From NCBI GenBank assembly GCA_046296655.1, contig JBKBLE010000011.1, forward strand, positions 290 through 64,289: a stretch of DNA of 64,000 bases, given 5' to 3'. Numbering within the stretch: position 1 is the stretch's first letter; the number at the start of each line of letters is the position of its first letter. Position numbers and translations under genes: made by a program. The notes below the pieces were generated by a model, which was given only the letters and a program-made list of their open reading frames with translations, was not told the DNA's origin and did no database searches. Below are positions 32,168 to 40,447 of the stretch, piece after piece. Source of the DNA: Cloacibacterium sp. Its GTDB lineage: Bacteria; Bacteroidota; Bacteroidia; Flavobacteriales; Weeksellaceae.

Positions 32168-32878
32168 TTATTCAAAAAGTTCTACGGTATTCATTACCTT
32201 AACTCTGCCATCTTCGCATTTAATCGCTTCTCCAGGGAAATTTTGAATCATGTGATAATCGTGAGTTGCCATCAGAACTGCACAGTTTCTTTCTAAAGAT
32301 ACTTTTTTCAATAAATTCATAATATCGTAAGATGTTTCTGGGTCTAGGTTTCCTGTAGGTTCGTCTGCAAGAATCAATTCTGGATGATTTAGTAAAGCTC
32401 TTGCGATTGCGATACGCTGTTGTTCACCGCCAGAAAGTTCATGAGGCATTTTGTGTTTTTTCGTTTTCATGTCTACACTGTCTAGAACCTCGTTTATTCT
32501 GTCGTCCATCAGATTTTTATCCTTCCAACCAGTAGCTTCTAGTACGAAGCGTAGGTTTCTTTCTACACTTCTATCCGTCAATAATTGAAAATCTTGAAAA
32601 ACGATACCTAATCTTCTTCTAAGGTTAGGAATATCTGATGCTCTTAATTTCTGTAAATCAAATCCTACTACTTCTCCTTTTCCTTCTTTTAGAGGCAAGT
32701 GTCCGTACAAAACTTTTAACAATGAACTTTTTCCAGAGCCTGTTTTACCAATAAGGTAACAGAAAGTACCTCTCTTAATGTGTAAATTCACATGAGATAA
32801 AACGGTAAAGTTTTTTTGTACAATTTTCGCGTCTTGCAGCGTAATAATGTCTTCTCCGTAGGTGTTATGATGTGGCAT
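32168..32878 (-). CDS. ftsE: FtsE-like ABC ATP-binding protein
   Basis: GKTGSGKSS, LRRRLGIVFQDF, LSGGEQQR and LADEPTGNLDP. No ftsX is adjacent. Confidence 0.75.
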   Translation of the reverse strand: MPHHNTYGEDIITLQDAKIVQKNFTVLSHVNLHIKRGTFCYLIGKTGSGKSSLLKVLYGHLPLKEGKGEVVGFDLQKLRASDIPNLRRRLGIVFQDFQLLTDRSVERNLRFVLEATGWKDKNLMDDRINEVLDSVDMKTKKHKMPHELSGGEQQRIAIARALLNHPELILADEPTGNLDPETSYDIMNLLKKVSLERNCAVLMATHDYHMIQNFPGEAIKCEDGRVKVMNTVELFE

Positions 32879-33057
32879 AATGATTATAAATGATGGTTGA
32901 TTTTTCTTGGTTGATAATAAAGCCTACTTTTTTATCAACTTTCAAAAATAAGGAAAACCTTTTTTTTATCCTAAATTTTAAGGAAATTTTAACAACAAAA
33001 AATGCTCGGAAAGTAAATTTCCAAGCATGTCTTTTATAATAAAATCAAAAGAAATTA

Positions 33058-33213
33058 TTATCTTTTAGCTCTCGCGTCGCTAATAGTTAATCTCTTTCTG
33101 CCTTTTGCTCTTCTAGCAGCTAATACTCTTCTACCATTTGGAGTAGACATTCTTTCTCTGAAACCGTGTTTGTTTCTTTTCTTTCTTTCTGATGGCTGGA
33201 ATGTTCTTTTCAT
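33058..33213 (-). CDS. rpmH: 50S ribosomal protein L34 (absent from the ORF track, 51 aa)
   Basis: Manual translation: [51 protein letters not shown]. Confidence 0.98.
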   Translation of the reverse strand: MKRTFQPSERKKRNKHGFRERMSTPNGRRVLAARRAKGRKRLTISDARAKR

Positions 33214-33503
33214 TACTTCAATTTATAATGGGTCCGTAATTATTCTTCTTTTTGAGGTTGCAAAGATATGTTTTTTTTTATTTTCTGCAAATTAATTTTA
33301 GAAATAATTAAGTTTTTTTTGAGTAAAAGGAATGAAACTTTTCTCAATGACTATTTTCAAGCGATTTTAATGATTGTACTTCTTTGAATTCTGTTTAATA
33401 TGATTCTGAAAATCATTTTATAAATGTTGAGCGTTCAAACATCATCTTTGAGGTTTCGGGATTTTGGAGTAAAAAAATTATCTTTGCACCATAAATTTTT
33501 ACA

Positions 33504-34508
33504 ATGTTTACAGAAAACCAACTTACAGAAATCAAAAGCCTTTTGCAACCGAATAAAAATGTAGTGATTATCACGCATTACAATCCAGATGGTGATGCAA
33601 TTGGGAGTAGTCTTGGTTTAAAACATTTTCTTAAAAATTTAGGAGTTGATGCTACGGTAATTGTTCCGAATGATTTCCCGAAATTTCTAAAATGGATGCC
33701 CGAAGCAAAAAAAATAGTCATCGCAGAATATAAACGTAAAATTGCTGCCGAAACGATTTATCATGCAGATGTAATTTTTTGTTTAGATTTTAATGCTCCT
33801 TCTAGAATTGGAATGTTGGGAGATTGGCTCACAAAATCTTGGGCGAAAAAAATCTTGATAGACCATCATCAGCAACCAGAACATTTCGATTTTGTGTATT
33901 CTAATACCAGTATTCCTGCAACTTGTCAAATGGTGTATCATTTCATTGAAGCATTGGGAAAAGAGGATTTGGTAAATCAAGACGTGGCAGAATGTCTTTA
34001 CACAGGAATTATGACGGATACTGGAGGTTTCCGTTTTCGTTCTACTTCTGCAGATACGCACCGAATTGTAGCGAATTTAATAGAAAAAGGTGCTGATCCG
34101 TCTATGATTACGTCTAATACTTTGGACACTAATACCGTTTCTAGATTACATCTTTTGTCGTTGATTTTAGGAAGAATAGAATTGGTAAAAGACGGAAAAG
34201 TGGCGATTCTTTATCTAAAACGTGACGAATTAAAAGAATTTGGTTTCGAAAAAGGCGATACAGAAGGTTTTGTAAACTACGGATTGAGTATTGCAGGAAC
34301 TAAAATGTCTGCTTTTTTCATGGAAGATTTATATGAAGATTTCATCAAAATTTCTTTCCGAAGCAAAGACGATGTAGATACCAATGCATTTGCGAGAGCA
34401 CATTTCCACGGAGGTGGACATATCAATGCATCTGGAGGTAAATATTTTAAAAATATCCACGAAACGATTGAAGATTTTAAAGAAAAAATAGAAAATGAAG
34501 ATTTTTAA
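33504..34508 (+). CDS. DHH/DHHA1 phosphoesterase (NrnA-like nanoRNase/pAp phosphatase)
   Basis: THYNPDGDAIGS, IDHH, GIMTDTGGF and GGGHINASG. Confidence 0.92.
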   Translation: MFTENQLTEIKSLLQPNKNVVIITHYNPDGDAIGSSLGLKHFLKNLGVDATVIVPNDFPKFLKWMPEAKKIVIAEYKRKIAAETIYHADVIFCLDFNAPSRIGMLGDWLTKSWAKKILIDHHQQPEHFDFVYSNTSIPATCQMVYHFIEALGKEDLVNQDVAECLYTGIMTDTGGFRFRSTSADTHRIVANLIEKGADPSMITSNTLDTNTVSRLHLLSLILGRIELVKDGKVAILYLKRDELKEFGFEKGDTEGFVNYGLSIAGTKMSAFFMEDLYEDFIKISFRSKDDVDTNAFARAHFHGGGHINASGGKYFKNIHETIEDFKEKIENEDF

Positions 34509-34785
34509 ACAATTTTTCGAAGATTTAAAAGACTACATTTCTGAATTTCTAAATGGTAGCCGTGAAGAATGGCTGTATAGAATCTCTGGTTTGATTGGTG
34601 TTTTGTCCATTTTACCATTTATATTTTTTATATGGAAACCTTATGAACCAGATTTTGTTAAAAGTTTGTCAAGATTTTATCAAAAATTTATAAGATATGC
34701 TTCGGCTCTAGCTTTTTATTTTTTAGTATTTCATTTATCACAGTTTCTTTTGAAATCATTTTTTAATAAGAAAATTAAGAAATAA
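34495..34785 (+). CDS. Small hypothetical membrane protein (2 TM helices)
   Basis: 96-aa ORF overlapping the DHH stop, with two hydrophobic segments. Confidence 0.6.
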   Translation: MKIFKQFFEDLKDYISEFLNGSREEWLYRISGLIGVLSILPFIFFIWKPYEPDFVKSLSRFYQKFIRYASALAFYFLVFHLSQFLLKSFFNKKIKK

Positions 34786-34790
34786 AAATC

Positions 34791-34895
34791 TTAACAAATC
34801 CTAGGCAATTGCTCTCCAATTAAAGGATTTACCACGCGTTTTCCGCCAAAAGCACTTTTCATAATGAATTTTCCGGCATGTTCTTCAGTGATTTT
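34791..34895 (-). pseudogene. hypE: 3'-terminal remnant (34 codons) of hydrogenase maturation protein HypE
   Basis: Minus strand translates KITEEHAGKFIMKSAFGGKRVVNPLIGEQLPRIC*. GEQLPRIC is the hallmark HypE C-terminus. An in-frame TAG lies immediately upstream. Confidence 0.85.
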
Positions 34896-34987
34896 CTAAG
34901 TTACAAGCCAGTTTGGTAATCATTTCTTCTATACTTTGTATCGTTTACGGTGGAAAAGTGGTGGTTGAAAATTTAGGTTTTCTTTAG
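34892..34987 (+). pseudogene. 3'-terminal remnant of a membrane protein, possibly a UreH/NiCoT-like nickel transporter
   Basis: Plus strand translates FSKLQASLVIISSILCIVYGGKVVVENLGFL*, one TM helix with no start. The family assignment is from memory and context. Confidence 0.45.
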
Positions 34988-34990
34988 AAT

Positions 34991-35773
34991 TTAGAGCAAA
35001 AAATGTTTCGGTAAATTATGCAACAATTCCGTATTGATAATTTCTGCACAAATCGTTGGTTTTTCCCAATGTCCGTTGTGACCGCAATCTAAAACATAGG
35101 TTTTGATGTTCGTCTTTTCAGGGATAATTTTGAGAAGATTTTCGGTTTTTACCGCATTGTCATATTTCCCAGCAATGATGAGGATTTTTGCATCTAAATT
35201 TTCTAAAATTTCAGTTCGGTCTGGTCTTTCTGCCATTCCTAATTGAGCTGCTTTTACGCCTTTTTTATTGGTAGATTTTGCTATATTTTTCGCCAATTCT
35301 ATTTTGCCTTCTAAAATATCTTTTTCATTATTGCTAAAAAGATTAGGGATAGAAGTTTTGACGAAAGTTTCAAAATTTTCATCAATTACGGCAATACTTC
35401 TTCTTCGGATTGCTTTTTTTTCTTCATCATCTGCAACTGTAGTCGAGAAAAATAAAGTCATGCTTTCTAAAATTTCAGGAAAATTTTCAGCAAAAGCCAG
35501 AGAAACATAACCTCCCAAAGAATGTCCTAGCAAATTGATTTTCTCTAATTTTAGAGCATCAATAACTTCTTTTACTTTTTCTGCCATCAATTCTACGGTG
35601 TGTATTTCTTGATAAACTTTAGATTTTCCATGTCCGGGTAAATCTATTTTAATCAATGTGAAATCTTTAGAAAGATGAGCTTCCATTTCATTCCAAATGG
35701 TAGTGTTTTCCATGAAACCATGAAGTAAAACCAATGGTTTTTTGCCGTTTCCTGAAATTTCGTGATGTAGCAT
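34991..35773 (-). CDS. Alpha/beta hydrolase
   Basis: LLHGF, IDLPGHG, nucleophile GHSLGG and C-terminal GHNGH. Confidence 0.92.
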   Translation of the reverse strand: MLHHEISGNGKKPLVLLHGFMENTTIWNEMEAHLSKDFTLIKIDLPGHGKSKVYQEIHTVELMAEKVKEVIDALKLEKINLLGHSLGGYVSLAFAENFPEILESMTLFFSTTVADDEEKKAIRRRSIAVIDENFETFVKTSIPNLFSNNEKDILEGKIELAKNIAKSTNKKGVKAAQLGMAERPDRTEILENLDAKILIIAGKYDNAVKTENLLKIIPEKTNIKTYVLDCGHNGHWEKPTICAEIINTELLHNLPKHFLL

Positions 35774-35787
35774 AATTTTTAATTTTT

Positions 35788-35822
35788 TAGATGAGAGATT
35801 TGAGATACGAGATTAAAGATTT
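35788..35822. repeat. 7-nt-period tandem tract (TAGATGA GAGATTT GAGATAC GAGATTA AAGATTT)
   Basis: Five degenerate heptamers directly adjacent to the hexamer array. Confidence 0.55.
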
Positions 35823-35829
35823 CAAATTT

Positions 35830-35943
35830 TTCAACCTTTACCTTTGCCTTTACCTTTACAATTACCTTTGTCTTTACCTTTGTCTTTACCTTTGCCTTTA
35901 CCTTTGTCTTTACCTTTGTCTTTACCTTTACCTTTACCTCAAC
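35830..35943. repeat. Hexamer tandem array, 19 units (CTTTAC/CTTTGT/CTTTGC) capped by TTCAAC and CTCAAC
   Basis: Counted unit by unit: 114 bp. Confidence 0.95.
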
Positions 35944-36447
35944 TTATTTCCAAATATCGATATAATCTACAAAACCTTGAGCGTTTATTTTCTGTTGAAG
36001 TCTGAAAAAATCTCCTTTTCCTTCATCTCTGAATGTATTGCTGTTGCTCTTAGATTCTGTTTTACCATTAATGGTTTGTGTAATTTTTCCGTAAAAATTG
36101 ATGTGTTTTGGCGATACTCTATCAGCTTTTCCGTCAATGATGAGGATGTTTTTTCCAGATTTTGCATTTCCTTTTACTTCGTAACCATCACTCATGATTT
36201 TTGTAAAATTCACGGTTCCAGTTAATGAAACGCCATCATCAGATACGAAAGTAAGTTTATGTTTTCCGCTTAAATCGCCAAATTTATTTTTGTTGTTCAA
36301 TGCTCTGATGCTGTCATTGTACTTCATTCTCACCGCATTGATGGAATCAATAATCTTAGTGCTGTCTACATCTTTAGCATTATTTTCTCCAGTTTTATTG
36401 CACGAGAAAGCGATGAGAATCAAAGGAATAAAAAATAGTTTTTTCAT
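35944..36447 (-). CDS. Hypothetical lipoprotein
   Basis: Lipobox IAFS|C after a K-K-hydrophobic signal. Confidence 0.75.
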   Translation of the reverse strand: MKKLFFIPLILIAFSCNKTGENNAKDVDSTKIIDSINAVRMKYNDSIRALNNKNKFGDLSGKHKLTFVSDDGVSLTGTVNFTKIMSDGYEVKGNAKSGKNILIIDGKADRVSPKHINFYGKITQTINGKTESKSNSNTFRDEGKGDFFRLQQKINAQGFVDYIDIWK

Positions 36448-36511
36448 GGTTATCGAATTAATTTGTATTGATTGAAAACAAATTTAACCAAACTTTTTAT
36501 TCTTTCAACAC

Positions 36512-37438
36512 TTACTTCAAAAATTCTAAAACAGCGTAAAGTGAAATGCTAGAAATGAAAATCCAAAGAATAATTCCTAAAAGAAGAGGTTTAATACCTA
36601 TATTTTTGAGATTTTGTAAAGATAATCCTGCTCCAATTAAGAAAAGAGCAACCTTGAGTGTGTCTCTGGAAATTTCAGAAATGATAGAATTGAAATTTTG
36701 TAAAAATGGAAGATAGGTTCCCGCTAAAATCGCTAAAACAAAGAAGCCAATGAAATAAGGAATCTTAATTTTTCCTTCACTTTTGGTGAAAATAGAAATA
36801 AGAAAAGCCAACGGAATAATCCATAAAGCTCGTGCTAATTTTACGGTGGTGGCAATCTGTAATGCTTCGTTGCCGTATTTACTTGCAGCGCCAACTACAG
36901 AACTTGTGTCATGAATAGAGATAGCGCTCCAAATTCCAAACTGATTTTGACTTAAATTAAAAAAATGCCCAATTTCTGGGAAAATAAAAAGTGCAACAGC
37001 ATTCAAGACAAAAATAATTCCTAATGCTACAGAAGTTTGTTTGCTATTGGCTTTTAAAATAGGTGCAACTGCTGCGATGGCGCTTCCTCCACAGATTGCG
37101 GTTCCTGCGGAAATGAGTTGAGCAATGGTTTTGTCAATTTTTAAAATTTTGGCTAATAATAAACCGAAAATCATGACCAAAGCTATCGTAGAAACGGTAA
37201 AAAGAAAACCTTGACTTCCTGCTTCTATTGCGGTGTTCAGGTTAATGCCGAAACCTAATCCAATAATAGAATATTGCAATAATTTTTTGACAAAAGTATC
37301 TGTCTCTAGAACTTTCCCGAATATATTCACAAAAAGAATTCCGAATAATAAAGCAATTGGCGGAGAAACAATTGGTGAAAAAGATAAAACAGCGAGTGCT
37401 AAAAATAGGAGTTGAAGAAGTAATTTTTTTTGGAGCAT
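36512..37438 (-). CDS. YeiH / putative sulfate exporter family membrane protein
   Basis: GTAICGGSAIAAVAP, IHDTSSVVGA and VKLARALWIIP. Confidence 0.92.
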   Translation of the reverse strand: MLQKKLLLQLLFLALAVLSFSPIVSPPIALLFGILFVNIFGKVLETDTFVKKLLQYSIIGLGFGINLNTAIEAGSQGFLFTVSTIALVMIFGLLLAKILKIDKTIAQLISAGTAICGGSAIAAVAPILKANSKQTSVALGIIFVLNAVALFIFPEIGHFFNLSQNQFGIWSAISIHDTSSVVGAASKYGNEALQIATTVKLARALWIIPLAFLISIFTKSEGKIKIPYFIGFFVLAILAGTYLPFLQNFNSIISEISRDTLKVALFLIGAGLSLQNLKNIGIKPLLLGIILWIFISSISLYAVLEFLK

Positions 37439-37489
37439 GTTCTTTCTGAATTATCGAACGCGAAATTATTCAAAACCAAAATTTGCTAT

Positions 37490-37505
37490 TGTAACTTTTG
37501 TTACA
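37490..37505. promoter_or_regulatory. Perfect palindrome TGTAAC-TTTT-GTTACA (TGTA-N8-TACA, CRP/FNR-family-like site)
   Basis: Lies between the divergent YeiH and rhodanese genes, 21 nt upstream of TAGTTTTG (37527-37534). Confidence 0.55.
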
Positions 37506-37549
37506 TAAGAACTCTCGCTAATGAAATAGTTTTGTAAAAAATAGAAAAA

Positions 37550-37936
37550 ATGAAAAAGTTAATATCAATATTGAGCTTAGGAGCTTTAGTTATTATAGGA
37601 ACACAGTGTTCTTTTCCTAAACCAGCAGAAAGTAATGCTCAAACTGAAGCCCAAAAAGAAGTTTCAATCAAGGAACAAGTTGCAAACGGAGCATTATTAG
37701 TAGATGTAAGAACGCCACAAGAATTTGCGGAAGGAAGTGTAAAAGGAGCCGTGAATATTCCGCTTGATGAAGTAGAAAGTAGATTGAATGAATTCAAAGG
37801 AAAACCTTCTGTAATTGTTTTTTGTAGAACAGGAAACAGAAGCGGACAAGCGAAAGCGATTCTAGAATATAATGGAATAAAAAATGTAACCAACGGAATC
37901 AATACCAAAACGGTAAACGAAGAATTGGCAAAATAA
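37550..37936 (+). CDS. Exported rhodanese-like sulfurtransferase (probable lipoprotein)
   Basis: LLVDVRTPQEF, GAVNIP and active-site loop FCRTGNRS. Signal peptide with Cys20. Confidence 0.88.
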   Translation: MKKLISILSLGALVIIGTQCSFPKPAESNAQTEAQKEVSIKEQVANGALLVDVRTPQEFAEGSVKGAVNIPLDEVESRLNEFKGKPSVIVFCRTGNRSGQAKAILEYNGIKNVTNGINTKTVNEELAK

Positions 37937-37970
37937 AAATTCGTTTTAATGTTCTATTTACTAAAAATAA

Positions 37971-38003
37971 AAAAGCTTTCAAAATTTTGAAAGCTTTCTT
38001 TTT
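37971..38003. terminator. Bidirectional terminator between rhodanese and dsbD
   Basis: AAAGCTTTCAAAA/TTTTGAAAGCTTT with A/T tails. Confidence 0.7.
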
Positions 38004-38022
38004 TATCCATGAAATGTTGATT

Positions 38023-40071
38023 CTATTTCTGTTTTTTATAAAACTCGATTCCACATTCTAAGAATTTTTTGAAATCTTCTTTCGGCATATAACCAGAAAC
38101 AGGAGTGTTAATCACTTTTCCTTCTGGAGTTACCAAAACGTAATGCGGTTGAGAATTATTATTAAAATTCACTTGTTGGAACATACTCCATTTATCACCA
38201 ATGGTTTTAATGCGTTTCATTTGTCCGTTTCCTAAATCTACTTTGGTTTGTTCTGCTTCTGGCAATTCTTCTTTGTCGTCTACATAAAGAGAAGCAAGAA
38301 TGACTTCGTTTTGTAAAGTTGGGAGAATATCAGGTTCACTCCACACAAATTCTTCCATCTTTCTACAGTTTTCGCAACCATAACCTGTGAAATCTATTAA
38401 AACGGGCTTGTTTTCTTTCTTTGCCAATGCTATCGCTTTGAAATAATCATGTTCTGGATGCATTCCTAGAATTCCGTCTTTTTCATCATGAAGATAACTC
38501 ACATTAATTGGAGGCAAAATCCCTGAAAGCATTTGTAATTTCGGTCTTTCTGCAGGAAATAAACCTTGAACTAAATAAATCACAAAACCAATTCCTAAAA
38601 CGCCAAAGATTTTTCGGGTAACAGAAATTTTTTGGTTTTTATCATCATGTGGAAATCTGATTTTTCCAAATAAATAAAGCACTAAACCGATGGTGATGAT
38701 TATCCAAATCGCGATAAAAAGTTCACGTTTTAGTAAGAATGTTTTAGAAACTAAATCTGCTTTTGACAAGAATTTCAGTGCTAAAGCCAATTCTACGAAA
38801 CCTAGAACTACTTTTACGGTATTCATCCAACCGCCAGATTTTGGCAAACTCTGTAACGCTTGCGGAAATAATGCCAATAATCCGAAAACAATTGCCCAAC
38901 TTAAACCAAATCCTGCTAAAGCGAAGGTTAATAACATCGGAACATTTGCAGAACCCGTAACAGCGCTTCCTAATAAACTTCCTAAAATTGGTCCAGTACA
39001 AGAGAATGAAACAATTACTAAGGTTAAAGCCATAAAGAAAATTCCGATGATTCCTCCTGCTTCTTCTGCTTTTGAAGATTTATTGGCGATAGAACTTGGC
39101 AATGTAATATCATAATATCCAAAGAAACTTCCTGCGAAGAATAAGAAGATTAAGAAAAATGCAATATTTAAGCTAACTGATGTAGAAATTTGATTAAAAA
39201 TATTTCCCGCAATTCCATCAATAATGTGAAACGGAACGCTCAATAAAACGAAGATTAAAAGAATGAAAAATCCGTAAATGAATGCGTCTCTTTTTCCTTT
39301 TGCTTTGTCTTTTTGCCCTTTGGTAAAGAACGAAACCGTTAATGGAATCATTGGGAAAACGCAAGGCGTTAACAAAGCGATTAATCCGCCCAAAAACCCT
39401 AAAAATAAATAAGTGAGGTAGTTTTCAGAATTTTTTTCTTTTGCTACGCCACAGTCTGTTAAAGGATTTTCGAAATCCAATGAAGAAACCTTTAATCCTT
39501 CTTGTTGAGGAGCAATTTCTGTGTTTTCAGTTGTTATAGGAATAGTAGCCGCTACAGATTTTGTAGAGTCTAAATTCTGTACATCTTCTTTATTTTCCTC
39601 AGTTTTTACAACTGCTGAACCAGCTATTGTTTTTTCAAATTCTAAAGATTCAGGAGCCAGACAAACTCTGTCATCACAAGTTTGATAGGTAAACTCTGCA
39701 ATTACATTGGCTGGTTTTTCAGGATTTTTGAGTTTGAATTTTTGCTTAATCGTCACATTTCCAGACAAGAAAATCAAATCTGTACCGAAAGCTTCAGAAA
39801 ATTCAGTTTTTCTACTGCCTGTTTCTACAGGTTTTCCAATGAGTTGAATGTCTTTAGAATTCAGCTTCAGTTCTGTGGGAATAGCTCCAGATTCTGGGTC
39901 GATGTCTTTAGAATAAATATGCCATCCTTTGTCAATGTTAGCCGTAATTACTGCTTCGTATTCGTTATTTGGGAGTGATTTTACATCGTATTTTATCGTG
40001 ACGTGTTTCTGAATTTGCGCAGAGAACAATGAGGTAACAGCGATAAAAAGTAAAAGCAAAAACTTCTTCAT
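38023..40071 (-). CDS. dsbD: Protein-disulfide reductase DsbD (N-terminal, TM and thioredoxin domains)
   Basis: YQTCDDRVC, LTPCVFP, SFSCTGP and C-terminal GCENC. Confidence 0.93.
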   Translation of the reverse strand: MKKFLLLLFIAVTSLFSAQIQKHVTIKYDVKSLPNNEYEAVITANIDKGWHIYSKDIDPESGAIPTELKLNSKDIQLIGKPVETGSRKTEFSEAFGTDLIFLSGNVTIKQKFKLKNPEKPANVIAEFTYQTCDDRVCLAPESLEFEKTIAGSAVVKTEENKEDVQNLDSTKSVAATIPITTENTEIAPQQEGLKVSSLDFENPLTDCGVAKEKNSENYLTYLFLGFLGGLIALLTPCVFPMIPLTVSFFTKGQKDKAKGKRDAFIYGFFILLIFVLLSVPFHIIDGIAGNIFNQISTSVSLNIAFFLIFLFFAGSFFGYYDITLPSSIANKSSKAEEAGGIIGIFFMALTLVIVSFSCTGPILGSLLGSAVTGSANVPMLLTFALAGFGLSWAIVFGLLALFPQALQSLPKSGGWMNTVKVVLGFVELALALKFLSKADLVSKTFLLKRELFIAIWIIITIGLVLYLFGKIRFPHDDKNQKISVTRKIFGVLGIGFVIYLVQGLFPAERPKLQMLSGILPPINVSYLHDEKDGILGMHPEHDYFKAIALAKKENKPVLIDFTGYGCENCRKMEEFVWSEPDILPTLQNEVILASLYVDDKEELPEAEQTKVDLGNGQMKRIKTIGDKWSMFQQVNFNNNSQPHYVLVTPEGKVINTPVSGYMPKEDFKKFLECGIEFYKKQK

Positions 40072-40100
40072 TTTTAATTTTTTAGGTTTACAAAAATATG

Positions 40101-40135
40101 AAAAAGGACTGGATTAATGAGTTAAAACAGTCCTT
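40101..40135 (-). terminator. Intrinsic terminator after the His/Cys peptide gene
   Basis: AAGGACTG...CAGTCCTT stem followed by a T-run on the minus strand. Confidence 0.6.
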
Positions 40136-40155
40136 AAATTACAGTAATAAAATGC

Positions 40156-40389
40156 TTACATTTTACAAGAAGCATCACAGACGTGTCTTTTCTCACCATG
40201 TTTGTAAACGTGTTTTCCTGATGTGTGACACGCTTCTGTACAAACATGTTTTTTTAGTTTATGAGCTTTTTTACAAGATTTTCTGCATTCTTTGGTGCAA
40301 ACATGTTTCTGTGGAGTTTCTTGTGCGTTCATAGTGAATGCAAATCCCGAGATTAGAAGCATTAAGCTTAATTTTTTTAGTGTTTTCAT
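40156..40389 (-). CDS. Small secreted His/Cys-rich repeat peptide
   Basis: Sec signal (…FTMNA|Q). The mature ~55 aa has 7 Cys, 7 His and three (K/R)HVCxxxC repeats. Confidence 0.8.
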   Translation of the reverse strand: MKTLKKLSLMLLISGFAFTMNAQETPQKHVCTKECRKSCKKAHKLKKHVCTEACHTSGKHVYKHGEKRHVCDASCKM

Positions 40390-40410
40390 AAATTATATAT
40401 TTTTAAGTTC

Positions 40411-40447
40411 TATTAATAAGTTCCTGTATTGAAAAAAAATCACCCAA
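40411..40447 (-). promoter_or_regulatory. Candidate alternative-sigma promoter, copy B
   Basis: Minus strand TTGGGTGA-TTTTTTTT-CAATACA-GGAACTTATTAATA, 21 nt upstream of the peptide ATG. Same spacing as copy A. Confidence 0.6.

Noticed and set aside
33214-33503. Replication origin next to rpmH
   Set aside because: AT-rich, but I found no DnaA-box (TTATCCACA-like) cluster and no dnaA or dnaN nearby.
35791-36225. 144-aa plus-strand ORF with YLCLYLCL repeats
   Set aside because: It is a translation of the hexamer array and is antisense to a credible lipoprotein gene.
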